A stretch of 54,252 bases of DNA, the filler included, from Dimargaris cristalligena (lineage: Eukaryota): the NCBI GenBank assembly GCA_003614675.1. It is 3 parts of 3 records of this genome, joined end to end, with 100 filler letters (N's around TTAATTAATTAA, not from the genome) between each part and the next. Parts side by side here need not be neighbours in the genome. Positions count along the whole stretch, not along the records: positions 18,134 to 36,159 come from ML002778.1; positions 36,260 to 54,252 come from ML002779.1; 1 more part is not named here. One strand, written 5' to 3'. The notes beneath the pieces are model-generated. The model made no database searches, had not been told where the DNA came from, and was given only the letters and a program-made list of their open reading frames with translations. Both the position numbers and the translations under genes were made by a program. Shown one piece after another: positions 33,101 to 45,106 of this stretch (positions are counted from its first letter, which is position 1; every line of letters begins with the position of its first letter).

Positions 33101-34740
33101 ATGTCCACTCGGCGTTTGAAAGTAGTACGTTATCCGGACAATTCATTCTAGTCCTCGGGTGTGATGTTCAACCTAACTTCTGTTTACGTGGTCGGGAGAG
33201 GGTTCCGCTCTAGCTCTATTTATCCGCCCTTAACCAGTCGACTTGGTGCCCGGCTTACTTTAGTGAGGAAATGTACCTGCACCTTTCCAATTATCCGCTC
33301 CTTCAAGTATACCGGTTGGCTAGTAGGCATATTGGCGGAAACTGGTGTATAATAGGGGCTTGATAGAGCACATGTCGTGTATCTTACCAACTATATATCC
33401 AAATCACTGTGACCCATACCAATCCATCAATTCGCTACCTTTAGGAATTCGCCGCGCTTCAGAAAGATCCCATTCCGAGCCTTCAGATTGAGCTTCATAA
33501 TGAATCCGTCGTAGATTGGCACGGTAAGTCCCATTTTATCAATTTGGATAGTAGCCGCCATTTAACAGATACTTACATGTATATTGACCATATATTGGCT
33601 GGCCTATGCCTTTTGGTTAGGTGGAGTTTGTGGCGCTGTCAGTTTTGGCCCCATGTCCAATACCACTGTCCGATTAATTCCTAGGTACGCAGCATTGGCA
33701 ATCAACCCTTTCTATTGGATGATTGAGACCAGCCATTGTATCCAAACCTTTGGAGCCATAGCTTCATCATATATAAATCTCACTGTATACGTTATAACAT
33801 ACTGTATTTTCATATATATATATATATATTGGCCAAATAACCCAATCGGACTATCTGTATACATTAGTGATTATGGACGGGCAGGTAGGATTAATCAGCT
33901 GGTCGTATAATTAAACTATATATTCTTTGGCTCTTGTTTTTCAAGAACGGTACCCCCCTTTGCATCCAACTAACCTCAATACGTTCGCTCCTCTCGCCCC
34001 CAAATGAATTGGACTTACAGAAGGGAACGCCCTATGAAGGCGGCCATTTCTTGATTCATATTGACTTTTCAGACGGATATCCATTCAAAGCACCCAAGGT
34101 AACTAAATATATCATTGGCCCTACCCCAGGAAAGAACATTGTTATATTTTGCCAACAAAGCAACACTCCATTAAAAAGGTTAATCTGGAAATGGTTTCGT
34201 ACGATTACCTTTACCTAAACGGCACCTGATATAATACACCCTACCTATTTGATTCCCGACTAAACGTCTATATCATGTGTAGATCAAATTCAAGACCCGC
34301 ATTTACCATCCCAATATTGACTATGAATCCGGTGATATCTGTTTGTCCCAATCGCGCGAGGGCCAGTGGAAACCAACCATCAAAATTGCCGAACGTAAGT
34401 CCGCCGGTCTATTCTTTTTAAAAAGAATATCAAGAACATCCTACCACAGTCACACAAGGATAGCCAATACGTAGGCCTACTTGCTATTTGATGACTTAAT
34501 GCCTTCTCGGATGGGCCTTTGCCCCGCAGCTTATACAGCTTCAATTCACTAAAACATTATTTCTCCACCATTGACTATTATATATTGACACTAGTCTTGA
34601 ACGAAATGGTTCAGTTAATTGGCAATCCCAACCTTGACACGCCACTGATCGATTCTGCCGCCAAACTATATACATCGGATCGTAGGACCTTCGATGCTAA
34701 AGCCCGGGAGTGGACCCAATTGTACGCCAAATCAAGCTGA
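33101..34740 (+). CDS. Ubiquitin-conjugating enzyme E2 (Ubc4/UBE2L3-like), 6 exons including a 17-nt micro-exon
   Basis: Exons 33101-33124, 33445-33523, 33868-33884, 34021-34098, 34283-34394, 34595-34740 join in frame: [88 protein letters not shown]. Confidence 0.92.
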
Positions 34741-35329
34741 TGGGTCAGAATCGGGCCTGTTGGGAATAGCATCCATTCCTGAAAACTTGATTTTGCAACA
34801 ATTGCCGCTATTGACCATTGCCGATTAATCATGGCTATGAATGAGATAAATCTTTAAATTAAATTACATCCTTACCAAGTTGGCAATGGTATGAGCGGGT
34901 CATTATATAGTTTCATCCATTTTTTTTGCGGGGTACGATTGCGGTGGGTAGTGACGGTGGTGCAACGGTTATTTGAAACCTTTGGCCCATCACCTAATTT
35001 GTCCTTTTTTTTCCATGGTCTTTCTTTCACTCTGATAACAAAAATCTCGTCGAGATCTAAAGCTCTGGAGGAAAGGTATAAAACATCGGGTCTCGGTATC
35101 ACCCTCTACAATGCATACTATTGTCAGCTCTCTCGCAAATAGTTTCCTGCAAGCTCGATTTTAATTCAGAAGTTGAATAATATCAGGGCTAGCTGTACCA
35201 TACTTAATCCCACATCCATGTCGAACATATTTGCTTGGGCTATAGTATGATAACCACAGACTAAAATGGCCAGGTATTTAAATCCGTTTGAACAACGTCA
35301 CCCAGGTTAACCACTCTTAGTCCGTCAAG

Positions 35330-36159
35330 AGTCCTGGGGATAGGCTTCTAATGGTAGGTGGGGCTTAGACTCGGCCAAGCGGGCTACTAGCATTAGGATG
35401 GGGGTGTAATACTAACCAATAAAGGACAGATGTAAGTAAATACTAGGGACATGCAGTGGGCATACTTACTAGTTAACACAAGGGGGGATGAGCATATAGA
35501 GTTTATTGAGGTAAATTGGGGGATATGAATAAGCTAAAGAATTGAACCAGTCCCAGTGGGGATGGCTCTAGAGGGAGGTCCTAAGGGAAATACTACTGAG
35601 ATTAGGTATAGATAGATAAGAAGTCTGACGAGATGGCTTTGTATCTGGAAGACTCTTATGGGAGCCATAGGAGTCTTGGATCAATAAGTTGAGTATTGGG
35701 TACAAAGCATTGGGATTAGAAGGAGTGGGGGTATAGAATAAATGATGACCCTATAGTACCAGGGGTGACTATGGGAGGGATAATATGGCACCATAAGGCC
35801 TAATAAGGATAGGCAATCATTAGGTCTGGATTAAGTCGGATTAGGAGGGCTAACAAATAACAAAGTTGGTTTTTGAAACAGGAGGGTATTGGTAAGCCAT
35901 CCTTCACCTAAAATAAGGGCAATCTGTCTATTCTGATACCCAAGCCCATTAATATATTACTGTCTCTAACTACACTGGAAGACACTAATGGTGGCCCATT
36001 CATCTACTCTATGCAATATCCAGCTAGTTTAGAACTCACCTGGCTTTCAGCTTAGTTACCCATTTTTTTAAATGAGGGTACTAACCTTCTATCATCTGTA
36101 ATTGACTACAATAAAATACAATGCATTAGGCATTACCTAATTGTGGGTAGATTTCATTG
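35330..36159. repeat. Degenerate CpG-poor repeat, probable transposon relic, related to positions ~70-180
   Basis: 35782-35855 (aatatggcaccataaggcctaataaggat..ggattaagtcggattaggagggctaac) resembles 105-177 (aatatggcgctatacagcctgatatgat..ggattaggatggattaggaggggcgac). No long ORF; runs into an assembly gap. Confidence 0.5.
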
Positions 36160-36259
36160 NNNNNNNNNNNNNNNNNNNNNNNNNNNNNNNNNNNNNNNNN
36201 NNNTTAATTAATTAANNNNNNNNNNNNNNNNNNNNNNNNNNNNNNNNNNNNNNNNNNNN
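36160..36259. other. Assembly gap spacer (44 N + TTAATTAATTAA + 44 N)
   Basis: Same structure as 18034-18133. Confidence 0.97.
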
Positions 36260-36763
36260 TTCCCCTTCCCAAGCCCAAGCTGGTATTCAACATCGTTTTT
36301 TGTTGTATTGGCTGCAGTATTCCTTTCCCTCTTCCTAAAAATATTGTCGGGTTCGAGGGGAGGTGTAGCCATATATAATACATGGAATAAATTGTCTCAA
36401 CTGTACAAGATTTTTCATAAAATGTGTAGCAAAATAGGCGAGAAAATAATTTTTGGCCAGTTAGACCAGCTGCATCAAGCGAGGCTTATGTGAAACATCT
36501 AGATAGAACCTCTATTAAAAATTTATTTTTAGATTGTATAAATATCATCATGCCCTAAACATTATTTTAAAAAAACAAATGATACACCAATAACTCCATA
36601 GGATAATCGATCCGGCCAATTGGGGCATTGTCGTTAGGTATCGAATTGTCTCTCACTTCTTAAATTTAATGAGTGACATAGAAACGAAAGGAGATATGCC
36701 GAGAAACAAAAAATAAAGACGAAAATATCCGATGATTACACCATAAAAGTGAAGCGGATTGGC

Positions 36764-39700
36764 CTACTCCTTCAAAGAGGAGCGCACACTAGCAATCAAT
36801 GATGCCAAATTCTGGACCTGGGAGTCCATTGCTCGGGGTGATTCGGATGATACTGGGCGATGTCCATTAAGAGGGGTTGTTTGCACGGTCCCAGATGGAG
36901 TTGGCTGCGGTGCTGACTGAACCCCGGCCATGGGATTTGATTCCGACGGAGACGGTGACGCCGACGTCGAAGGTGACACCAGAACCGGGTAGAGGGGTAA
37001 ATTGGCGGTCGCTGCATCAGGGAGTCTATTGGACGGGGCCGATATGCCACTGGACACCGTTGACCGCCACTGGCGTACCAAGCCGGGCGGAATACCAAAA
37101 CCGTCCATCGATCGGCTATTACTTAAGGATCGCTGAGGGGGCGATGGCATCAAGGAACCCCCCCGCGGATGCTGTAACGGGCCGAGTGTGAGAGAGGAGG
37201 AGGAGGGCGCTAACCGGGCGCTGGGGGGAGGGCTCGAGCCAGCGGTGGCGACCACCGAGACCGTCCGGGGGCGTTTGATCGAAAGCAGGCGGAGGGTATC
37301 CCTTTGGGTGGGCTGGGCCCGTTTGGTCACCGATGCAGTGCCATTGGCCTGCTGGCCCAAAGCGCTGGGAGGGTCTAGCGCCGCCCATGAATTAGGGACC
37401 ACCCGCATCTGAGTGTTAGCGAGGACCGAGGTGGTAGTCGTGGTCGTGGTCGGAGCGAACGACAATGCAGGGTGGGGCTGTGTCTCAATAGGGCCCGGTA
37501 CTAAAGGTAATTGGGAAGCCGAGCGGGGCCAATTGTCGGGTAGTAGTGGGTTTTCCCGCTGCCATTGTTTGATCTGTCGTTCCGCCGACCGGAAGAATTT
37601 ATTCACGAGGGGTCGTGTGACCCGCCACGGGAGGACTGTATTCGTGGTAGTGCCGGTCGTACTGGAGACCAGGGGCCAGATGTACAAATCCCCAATAAAA
37701 GTTAGGACCGTATCCACAATGGGTGCAATTGGGATGATCAGGTTACTGGCGCCCGGGAAGCGGCTTGGGGCAGTCGGAGTTGCGGCGGTGAGGAGGAGCG
37801 GATCTACGTATTGGTCGAGTATGATGCGGGCATAGTCGCCCAGGGACGTCCAGTTGCGAAGCTTTAACTCGAGGATGTGGGGGTGGACCTGTTCGTCCCA
37901 GTCGCGGTAGAATTGGTCGTACCAGTAATCATTCAAGCTATATAACAGCGACATCATGATGTTTTCCATTGTATGAGCTAAATTAAGGGGAGTAATGTCA
38001 TTGCGCTGGGGAGCCGGTGGGGGAGTCCAGGGCGCCAAGTGGCGAAGGGCCTGCTTATTAGGTTTACTAGTGGGGTTGAATAGGCGCACTAATTCAAGTA
38101 CGGAGTCTTGTAACTGATTCAACAGAGTTCGCCAGCATTCCCACGCTTCCGTAAACCAGGGAATAATGTTGACAACGTAATCGCGAATTTTTTCGAAGTC
38201 CGGGATCGTGGTATTGGTGTAAAGGGCCGCCGGGGCGTCTAGCCAGCCGTGGGGCAAGGGACCATTAAATGTCGCCAATTGCGCCCGGACTCCCCGTTCC
38301 CAGGTATCTAAAAGTAAGGACAAATTACTTTGCAAGGACTGCACCACCGGGGAGATTCGGGAGTGGAGGGGGTACCTTTGTACCATACGCAACCACTGTT
38401 GAGTTAACCAGGGTAGGATTTTGCGGAGGGAAACTACGAAATCGGCCGGACGGGGGTCAAAATTACCAGGACTGGCCTGGTTTTGACCCAACAAGATCGG
38501 GAGACACATGTCCGATCCGCTGGGGTGGAGAGGCCGAGAGGCTAAACACATACCGTCTTCGATGTCCAATAAGACCGAAGCCGGGTCCCGCCCATTCTCC
38601 ACGTCCGTCTGTGTCCAGAATGAAGTTATAAGGACGGGTACTCGATGGGGATGGACAAACCGTTCCAAGGTAGTCTCTAACCGACGGCGCTGGGTGGACC
38701 AGTAGTTTGCCACTTGGTGTGTATGAGCTGGTTTACCATTCCATTGCCCAGCCACCGATGTAACATAAGGTATGGGTGGTAAATGAAAGAGTACAGCAGT
38801 AATCGTATCAGTATTGTCGATCCGCATGGACGGTGAGGGTTGGCCTTCGGCGGCTGGACGTGTGGTATCGGGGTTGGTATTAGCCAACGCCGCAACTACC
38901 AGGGGGCAGATTGAACGCGTGGACGTGGGAGTCACTACTTTGGAAGGGGCATGATAAAGAATCTCCGCTTCACTACCCCGCGGCTGACAATTATCGACGA
39001 GGGCTTTGGTGTTCCTCGCCGATACCGTTGGCTGTATGGGTCGAAATTGGTTCGACAGCCACAAACCGGAAACGTCTACCGGTTGGGGGAGATCGATCCA
39101 CAGCTGGGCGGGCCAGGACCAGCGGCCGCCCTCCTGGGGGGGTTCCGCGGCGGACGTAAGGGGGGTGATGCAGCACTGACTCCACAGGTCGAGTAGATAA
39201 GGGCCCAGGTCGCCCGGTAACCATAGGTCTCGGCGATGCTCGTGGTAAGTAAACGCCCGGTGCAGGGAGTTTTCGAGTATCGCGCCATGGGGGGCCTGCG
39301 GGAAAGACGCCGCCAGTCGGAGCTGGGAGGCGGGGGTCTCGCGAAGGGCAAACGAGCCCGCTTGAACATCGCTTAGATCAGCGGCCATTTCGGATAAGTG
39401 GCGCCGACGCTCCGCGCGGCACTGGGCCCGGGCCTGACAACCCGCTCGCCAGCTCCGAAACACCACCCGCTGTCGGCTAAATTTACTGCGCATATCTGCC
39501 AATTCGTGGAGGCACAGTAAGTAGGCGCTCGAGGTAGCTTCCTGGTGAATCAGTTCGTCGCCCAGTTCATCGGTGAGATCCTCCACCTGTTCAAAGTGAG
39601 CAGCCTGAGCCCCACCGAGCTCCTGAATGATCAAACTTTGTATTTCTTCACCCAGCAAAAGAGTCATCAACTTAGTACCGAGCGATTGGGCATTTATAGC

Positions 39701-41860
39701 AGGTGGGGCAGGGGACTTGGGTTTAGGGGGAGTAAGTGGAAATTGAACTTTGGGTGGGCTAGATGGTAATTGGGGCTTGGGCGGACTAGATGGTAATTGG
39801 GGTTTTGGCGGACTAGATGGCAATTGGACACTTTGCGGGGTAGACGGGGCTGCGGCTGAAAAGAGGGAATTTTGAGGGGGCGGTGGAAATGATGGGGGGG
39901 TATTTGCCACGGAAGCCCGCCAACCGAAGGGTGATGCGAATGCGGAAGCCGAGAAAGATGGTGGTGCCGCCAGGGATCGAACGGGTAACATGGGCGCAGG
40001 CATGGTCGTCGACGCCGCGGGTTCAGTCCCCTTTAAGGCAAAGCTAAATGCGGGCGCCGAGGCATTCGAGGCGGGGCTAAATGAAGTAAACATAGAGGGC
40101 GGTTGGGCAGGGGGCACGAATGCTGGGGCAAATAAGGGTGCCCCTATATTTGATGGTTGCGATTCAAAGGTATTGAATGGCACACTACTGTGGTTAAAGT
40201 GCGACGACTCCGGCGAGATGGACATGGGCGTCAAAGCTACGGAGGATGCTCTAGAGAGGGTGGGCCAGAGGGATGGGAGGCCCAAAACGGAGGGTGCTTT
40301 GCCTTGCACAAGGTTCGTAAAGGTTAAATTCGGCAATTTAGCATCCACCAAGCTATGGGATGGGCCCAAAAACGGGTATTGGCTCGGGTCTTTGAATGTG
40401 CGGATATTTTGGGCATTCTTCTTACCCAAAGTAACAGTGCTTTCGTCGGCGTTTATACCGTGCGCATTACATAGTTTCACCACCTCGGAAATGGAATCAA
40501 GCCCCAGAAGGGTTCGCATCGTTTCCGTGGAGTGCTCGTGTCCCGGATTGTGCTGAATAGACCGATTTAAAGCGTGCAGTATATTGCGGCGGACAACGGG
40601 AAGATTGATTTCCACGACACAGGCCATGAGATAAGGAACAGCGTCGGATTGAAGCAGTTTGAAGAAACGTCGAAAGAGAAACGGGGAGGATTGGCAATTC
40701 GAAATACGCCAGGGTAGTTTATGAGTCGGGCCATGGCTATATTGGGCACAGCCGTGAAGGTCTAAGGCTAGCTGGACTATAGGGGCCATGAAGATTTGGC
40801 GTGGTAGGGCCTGGACGGTAGTGAGGGATTGGCATTGGAATAGGGATACCAGGATGTAGTAGGCGGTAAACTCAGGTTCATTGGGACAGGCGATACCCTC
40901 CGCCCGTAAATCCTCGTAGAATTCGCGAAGACTGGTTAGAACTGGGGAAGGGGTTGTTTTTGGTTACCGGTATAGTTGGGGTTGGTGAATTGGCGCAAAT
41001 ACGAACCGGTAAGAGTTAAGGTTAATGCACCGGGCCCATTGCAAAAAAAAAGCCACAATTAATTGTTGATATATATGGGGGGGTTCGATACAGCAGTAAG
41101 GCGTTTAGCGATCAAGCAAATAATACAAATAATAGTAGATCGGGGGGGACAAACATGTAAAGGAAATGGGCCATCGGTTAGGGACCCGACCACACACCAA
41201 AGCTCGGAGGGATAAATAAAGGCTGCTGTATAACTGTGTCGGTTTACCTTTTTCGAGCTGCTCGAGCTCCTGGGTAAAATTGAACCCCGACTTTTGACGC
41301 GCGGTATGAAGGGCAATGATATGGTATCGGGCAATCTGCTCATTAATCTCGACGGCCTCCCGGCCCCGGCTGTTTTGCAGGGTTAGGTCCTGGCGAATGG
41401 CCCGGGTTCGGTCCCGCATGAAATTGTAGGACTGCAATAGCGTATCTTCCGAGCCCAGAAACTCCTGCGTCAAGTAGTTGAGGGTGCGCAACAAGACGGA
41501 GGGGGGGCGTACGTCGGAGGGAAGTTCGCTTTCCTTACCCGCGGTCGAACGCGCAAACGCCTTGACCGCCCGATTCGGGTCCATGGCACCAGTCTGAGGA
41601 TCAAGTTCGAGGCGATCCACATCCGCGCTGTTCTGGCGGGACACCTGCTCGTAGTACGGGCACATGTCCTGACAAGTTCCGATGAGGACAATGGCATCGT
41701 CCAAGGCGCGGGGCACGTTCGTGTCTTGAATGAGGCCATTGCGAATGCAGCTCTGACGCTCTAGGACCCGCGCCTTTTTGAGCCGGTCGAACTCAGCAGC
41801 AACGTCAGAGGGGCCGAAACGATTGGCCCTGGCGGCCATGGTGTCGGGTGCACGGTCCAT
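36764..41860 (-). CDS. SAC3: SAC3/GANP family mRNA-export (TREX-2) scaffold, at least 2 exons
   Basis: Exon 41860-41248, intron GTAAAC..CAG, exon 40941-36764. Motifs: LIGTCQDMCPYYE, AVKAFARSTAG, LPSDVRPPSVL, YNFMRDRTRAIRQDLTLQ, EQIARYHI, LTSLREFY. An acceptor-like TTTAG at 41868-41872 suggests a further upstream exon. Confidence 0.9.
39749..39827 (-). repeat. Coding tandem repeat, 3 x 27 bp (QLPSSPPKP), in the SAC3 linker
   Basis: ctagatgg recurs at 39759, 39786 and 39813. Confidence 0.85.
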
Positions 41861-44800
41861 CGCACGCCTAAACAAGAAGCAAAGGTGGGGGAGGGGAAGT
41901 AAAACTGGACTAAATTAAACTAACCAACAATAAGGAGGAATGCCTAAGCTAAAGAGGAATTGAGGAGCATGGAACCAGGAGTTTAAAAGGAGACATGCAC
42001 ATAAAGACCAGCCGAATCGGAGGCTTCGTGAATACTGGGAGATGGAAGAGAGAATGTGAGTTTGGCATATCAAACTTGCATTCCACCGCACTGACGCCCG
42101 CCTTGCTTCACGCTCTGACTATTGAAACTCAGGCTCGGAAAATGTAGAGTGAAAGGAAGTGAATGGGATATGAATAGCCAATAATCATATAGGCAATAAG
42201 GTCTTGGAATACTTTGCAAATACAATCTCCGAAATATTACACAGGCGATTCAGAAGTAACTAACAGATTAGCTTCCACCAGCCATAACTGGAATGCACTT
42301 TTAACCACCGAAAAACGGCGGAACAGCGGAATAAAGAGTGTATTTTTTAAAAAATAATGCAGCAGTTACTATCGGGTCCATACAGCTGGCTCTTAGACAC
42401 CTGTCTATTATCCACAAAGGCCAATTGATGTCCGTAATAATTCCCCCAAGATCACTTTAAATACGTGAATCCATAGACCATCGATTACTTCATTCTGCAG
42501 CTGAGAACCGAACCAGATTTATAGACACGAATTAATACTAGGGTGAGGTCTGTCGCCATGGGCGTCAATAAATAGCAAAATAAAAAAAGCGCCTAAGAAC
42601 AGTGATGTTTAACGACAGGAATCCTTGAAGTAAAAAGGACGGATCGAAGGGGCCTTGTTTCAGATCACTGTAATGCAATTTCCATTATGTAGGAAGGTAA
42701 GATACGAGAAGGAATGCGGATACCAATTCAATAGCCTAGATCAGTACCGATTCGCTAGAGAAACTGCCAGGGTCAACAACAAGGTCAAATAATAATCGCT
42801 TAAGGGCCCCCCTAAGTATTTATAATAGATATACGTTTAATTAAGGAGTATTACGGATTGCCCACAATTCGACTTTAAGTACTACATGGGTGTACTCCTT
42901 ATCCGAGTTTAATACCACCTGGCCGAACGCAATGGCCATTATTGTCGGAAAGCGGATTAGTATTGCCCCTGCCTGCCTACAGGTCCTCTTGAAACAGGGT
43001 AGGTAGAATATGGGTTACGCACGACAATACGTGAAATCATGCATTGGTAAAACCAGACCCGGCCCCATGGCGGCGGGATACCATCAAGCGCCCCCTTGGA
43101 AGGCCATTTACTCAATAACATTGTTCGGTGCGCTGTAATACTCCAAGCTTTGATCAGGTGGGTGTGCTTATAGTGTGCCCTCGGCCGCTTTACATTGGCG
43201 CAGCCATCATTACAATGCAGCATTTGGTAGTGGATATCAGTCGGGGTGCTCTCTAGCCGTATTTCCGTCCCTAAGTGATTGGCCGGGGTGGTTTCTAGTC
43301 CTGTCGAAATATACAAAGGCAGAGGTCATCGCTTAAAGAGTCCTGATAGCAACTATCAGCCCAATTACATCCGCTACCACATCCAACTACCTCGAGCTGG
43401 CCGAACTCCCCTCCTAGTAATGTTGGCCAGACCGCTCTCTCATGGCAGTTTATTGCGCCAGACTTCGGCATCCGTAGTTAATCTTTTGCTGTGCACTGTT
43501 TATTGAATCGATTGCCACGCTTCTAGTTCGCGCCTACCAGTGCACTCGGCCACTCTCACGCGTTTATTTATGGACAGTCATTATATGTTGGCCGATACTA
43601 CACCGGCCAATTCCCTAAGTATAGGCGACCCCTTCCCAACAACGACCCGCAAATGATAAGTCCTGGGGCACTCCCCCTCCCGATTAAAAATTAGTGTTGA
43701 GCACCACCTCGTCCTGATTTATCCTGGGCATTCACTATAAACTGACCCGTTCTGGCTATTTGCTCTGCCAGGTGTCCTATGACCATATTGCCGGTACATT
43801 AATCGCTTGCCCCAGCCTTTGCCGTCCATCGTATCGAAGACCACTCTGCCCGCGACAAACAAAAGCCAAACAACCATGCAGTTCGGATGTTTGATGACAT
43901 AAGTGGGTACCTTAGCCAGCTTCCGAAAGCAGTGTCGCCTGCTTTAGCATCTGGCTCCAAGGCCGTACGCTACACCCCTCTCCACTTCATTTCCTAACTG
44001 GCATCTTCTATTGAAATCGGGCTGCCTTTTCCCGATAATGGAAGGTTGACCCAAACGAATTGACAAGACGAGGAGGATGTATAATCGGGATAACAAATCC
44101 TCTCCCCCACACCATGCAATCGCCCACCTCATTGCCGTTTCTCATCAAGGCTGTTGGGAAGGCTGTGCGGGTCATGTGATAAGTCACCGGATCCTTGTTG
44201 ACCACCGCCTTTAGCCAATCACCGCTTCTGGAATATGCTTGGGAAGAAAACGCAGTGGGTTGCCAAAGGATTACTGCATACTAAGGAGGGAGGAGTATTT
44301 GGCAATTACAACAGTAGAAGGTAAAACATATTATGTATATGGTTATGAGGGATAATAGCCAACTTCCGTGCCAGCTAAATGTTGCTGCAAGTCTACATCC
44401 TTTACATAGAGAAGTATATAGATACATCTAGATATAAATATAGTATATATACGTGTAACTCCCCATCACCCTTCCGCCGACTCTTCGGTTACTTGTGCCT
44501 TTCTTTCTTTTGATGACCTGTTTCCCCTTTGTAAAAGTGGGGTATCACTAACTAACTAATTAACTAATTAGCTGAACCATTCTTGCCTCGCCGTTTCGTT
44601 AGCCAAGATATCCGCCAGTCCCACATTCTTAACCAACCACTATTGATTAAGGGGCCACTCAGCTCTCCCAAAAGTTCGGGACCACCCCACCACCAAAAGC
44701 ACAATAAGGGAGTATTAAAAGGGTAGTCCTGGCTTCCTTTTTCAAGTTGTGTTCCCTCCGCTTGCCATTCTCCCGCCGGTTCGTTCGGTACTCTTACTTC

Positions 44801-45106
44801 TCCTAGTATTACCATATCACTCACTACGCTGCACCTTGCGGTCTGCCTAGTTCCTCCTCCCCTTTTATTCCAAACCCGCAGCCGCAGCTCCCCGGAGAGC
44901 CAGGTCATTCCATTGTCGTCCATCTTACCCATTGGCGCAGGCGAGCCTTAACCCATTCAACGGAAGCTCACTCTCTATCTCTATTTCTCTCGCTCTACTC
45001 AGCCTTCCTTGACCTTCAGTTTCCCGCCTTTACCAATCCCCTCCTCCTCTTCTTCGCAGCTCTGCATTACCTCCCGTCCCCCGGGGCCGCACGCGCGGGC
45101 TCACCC

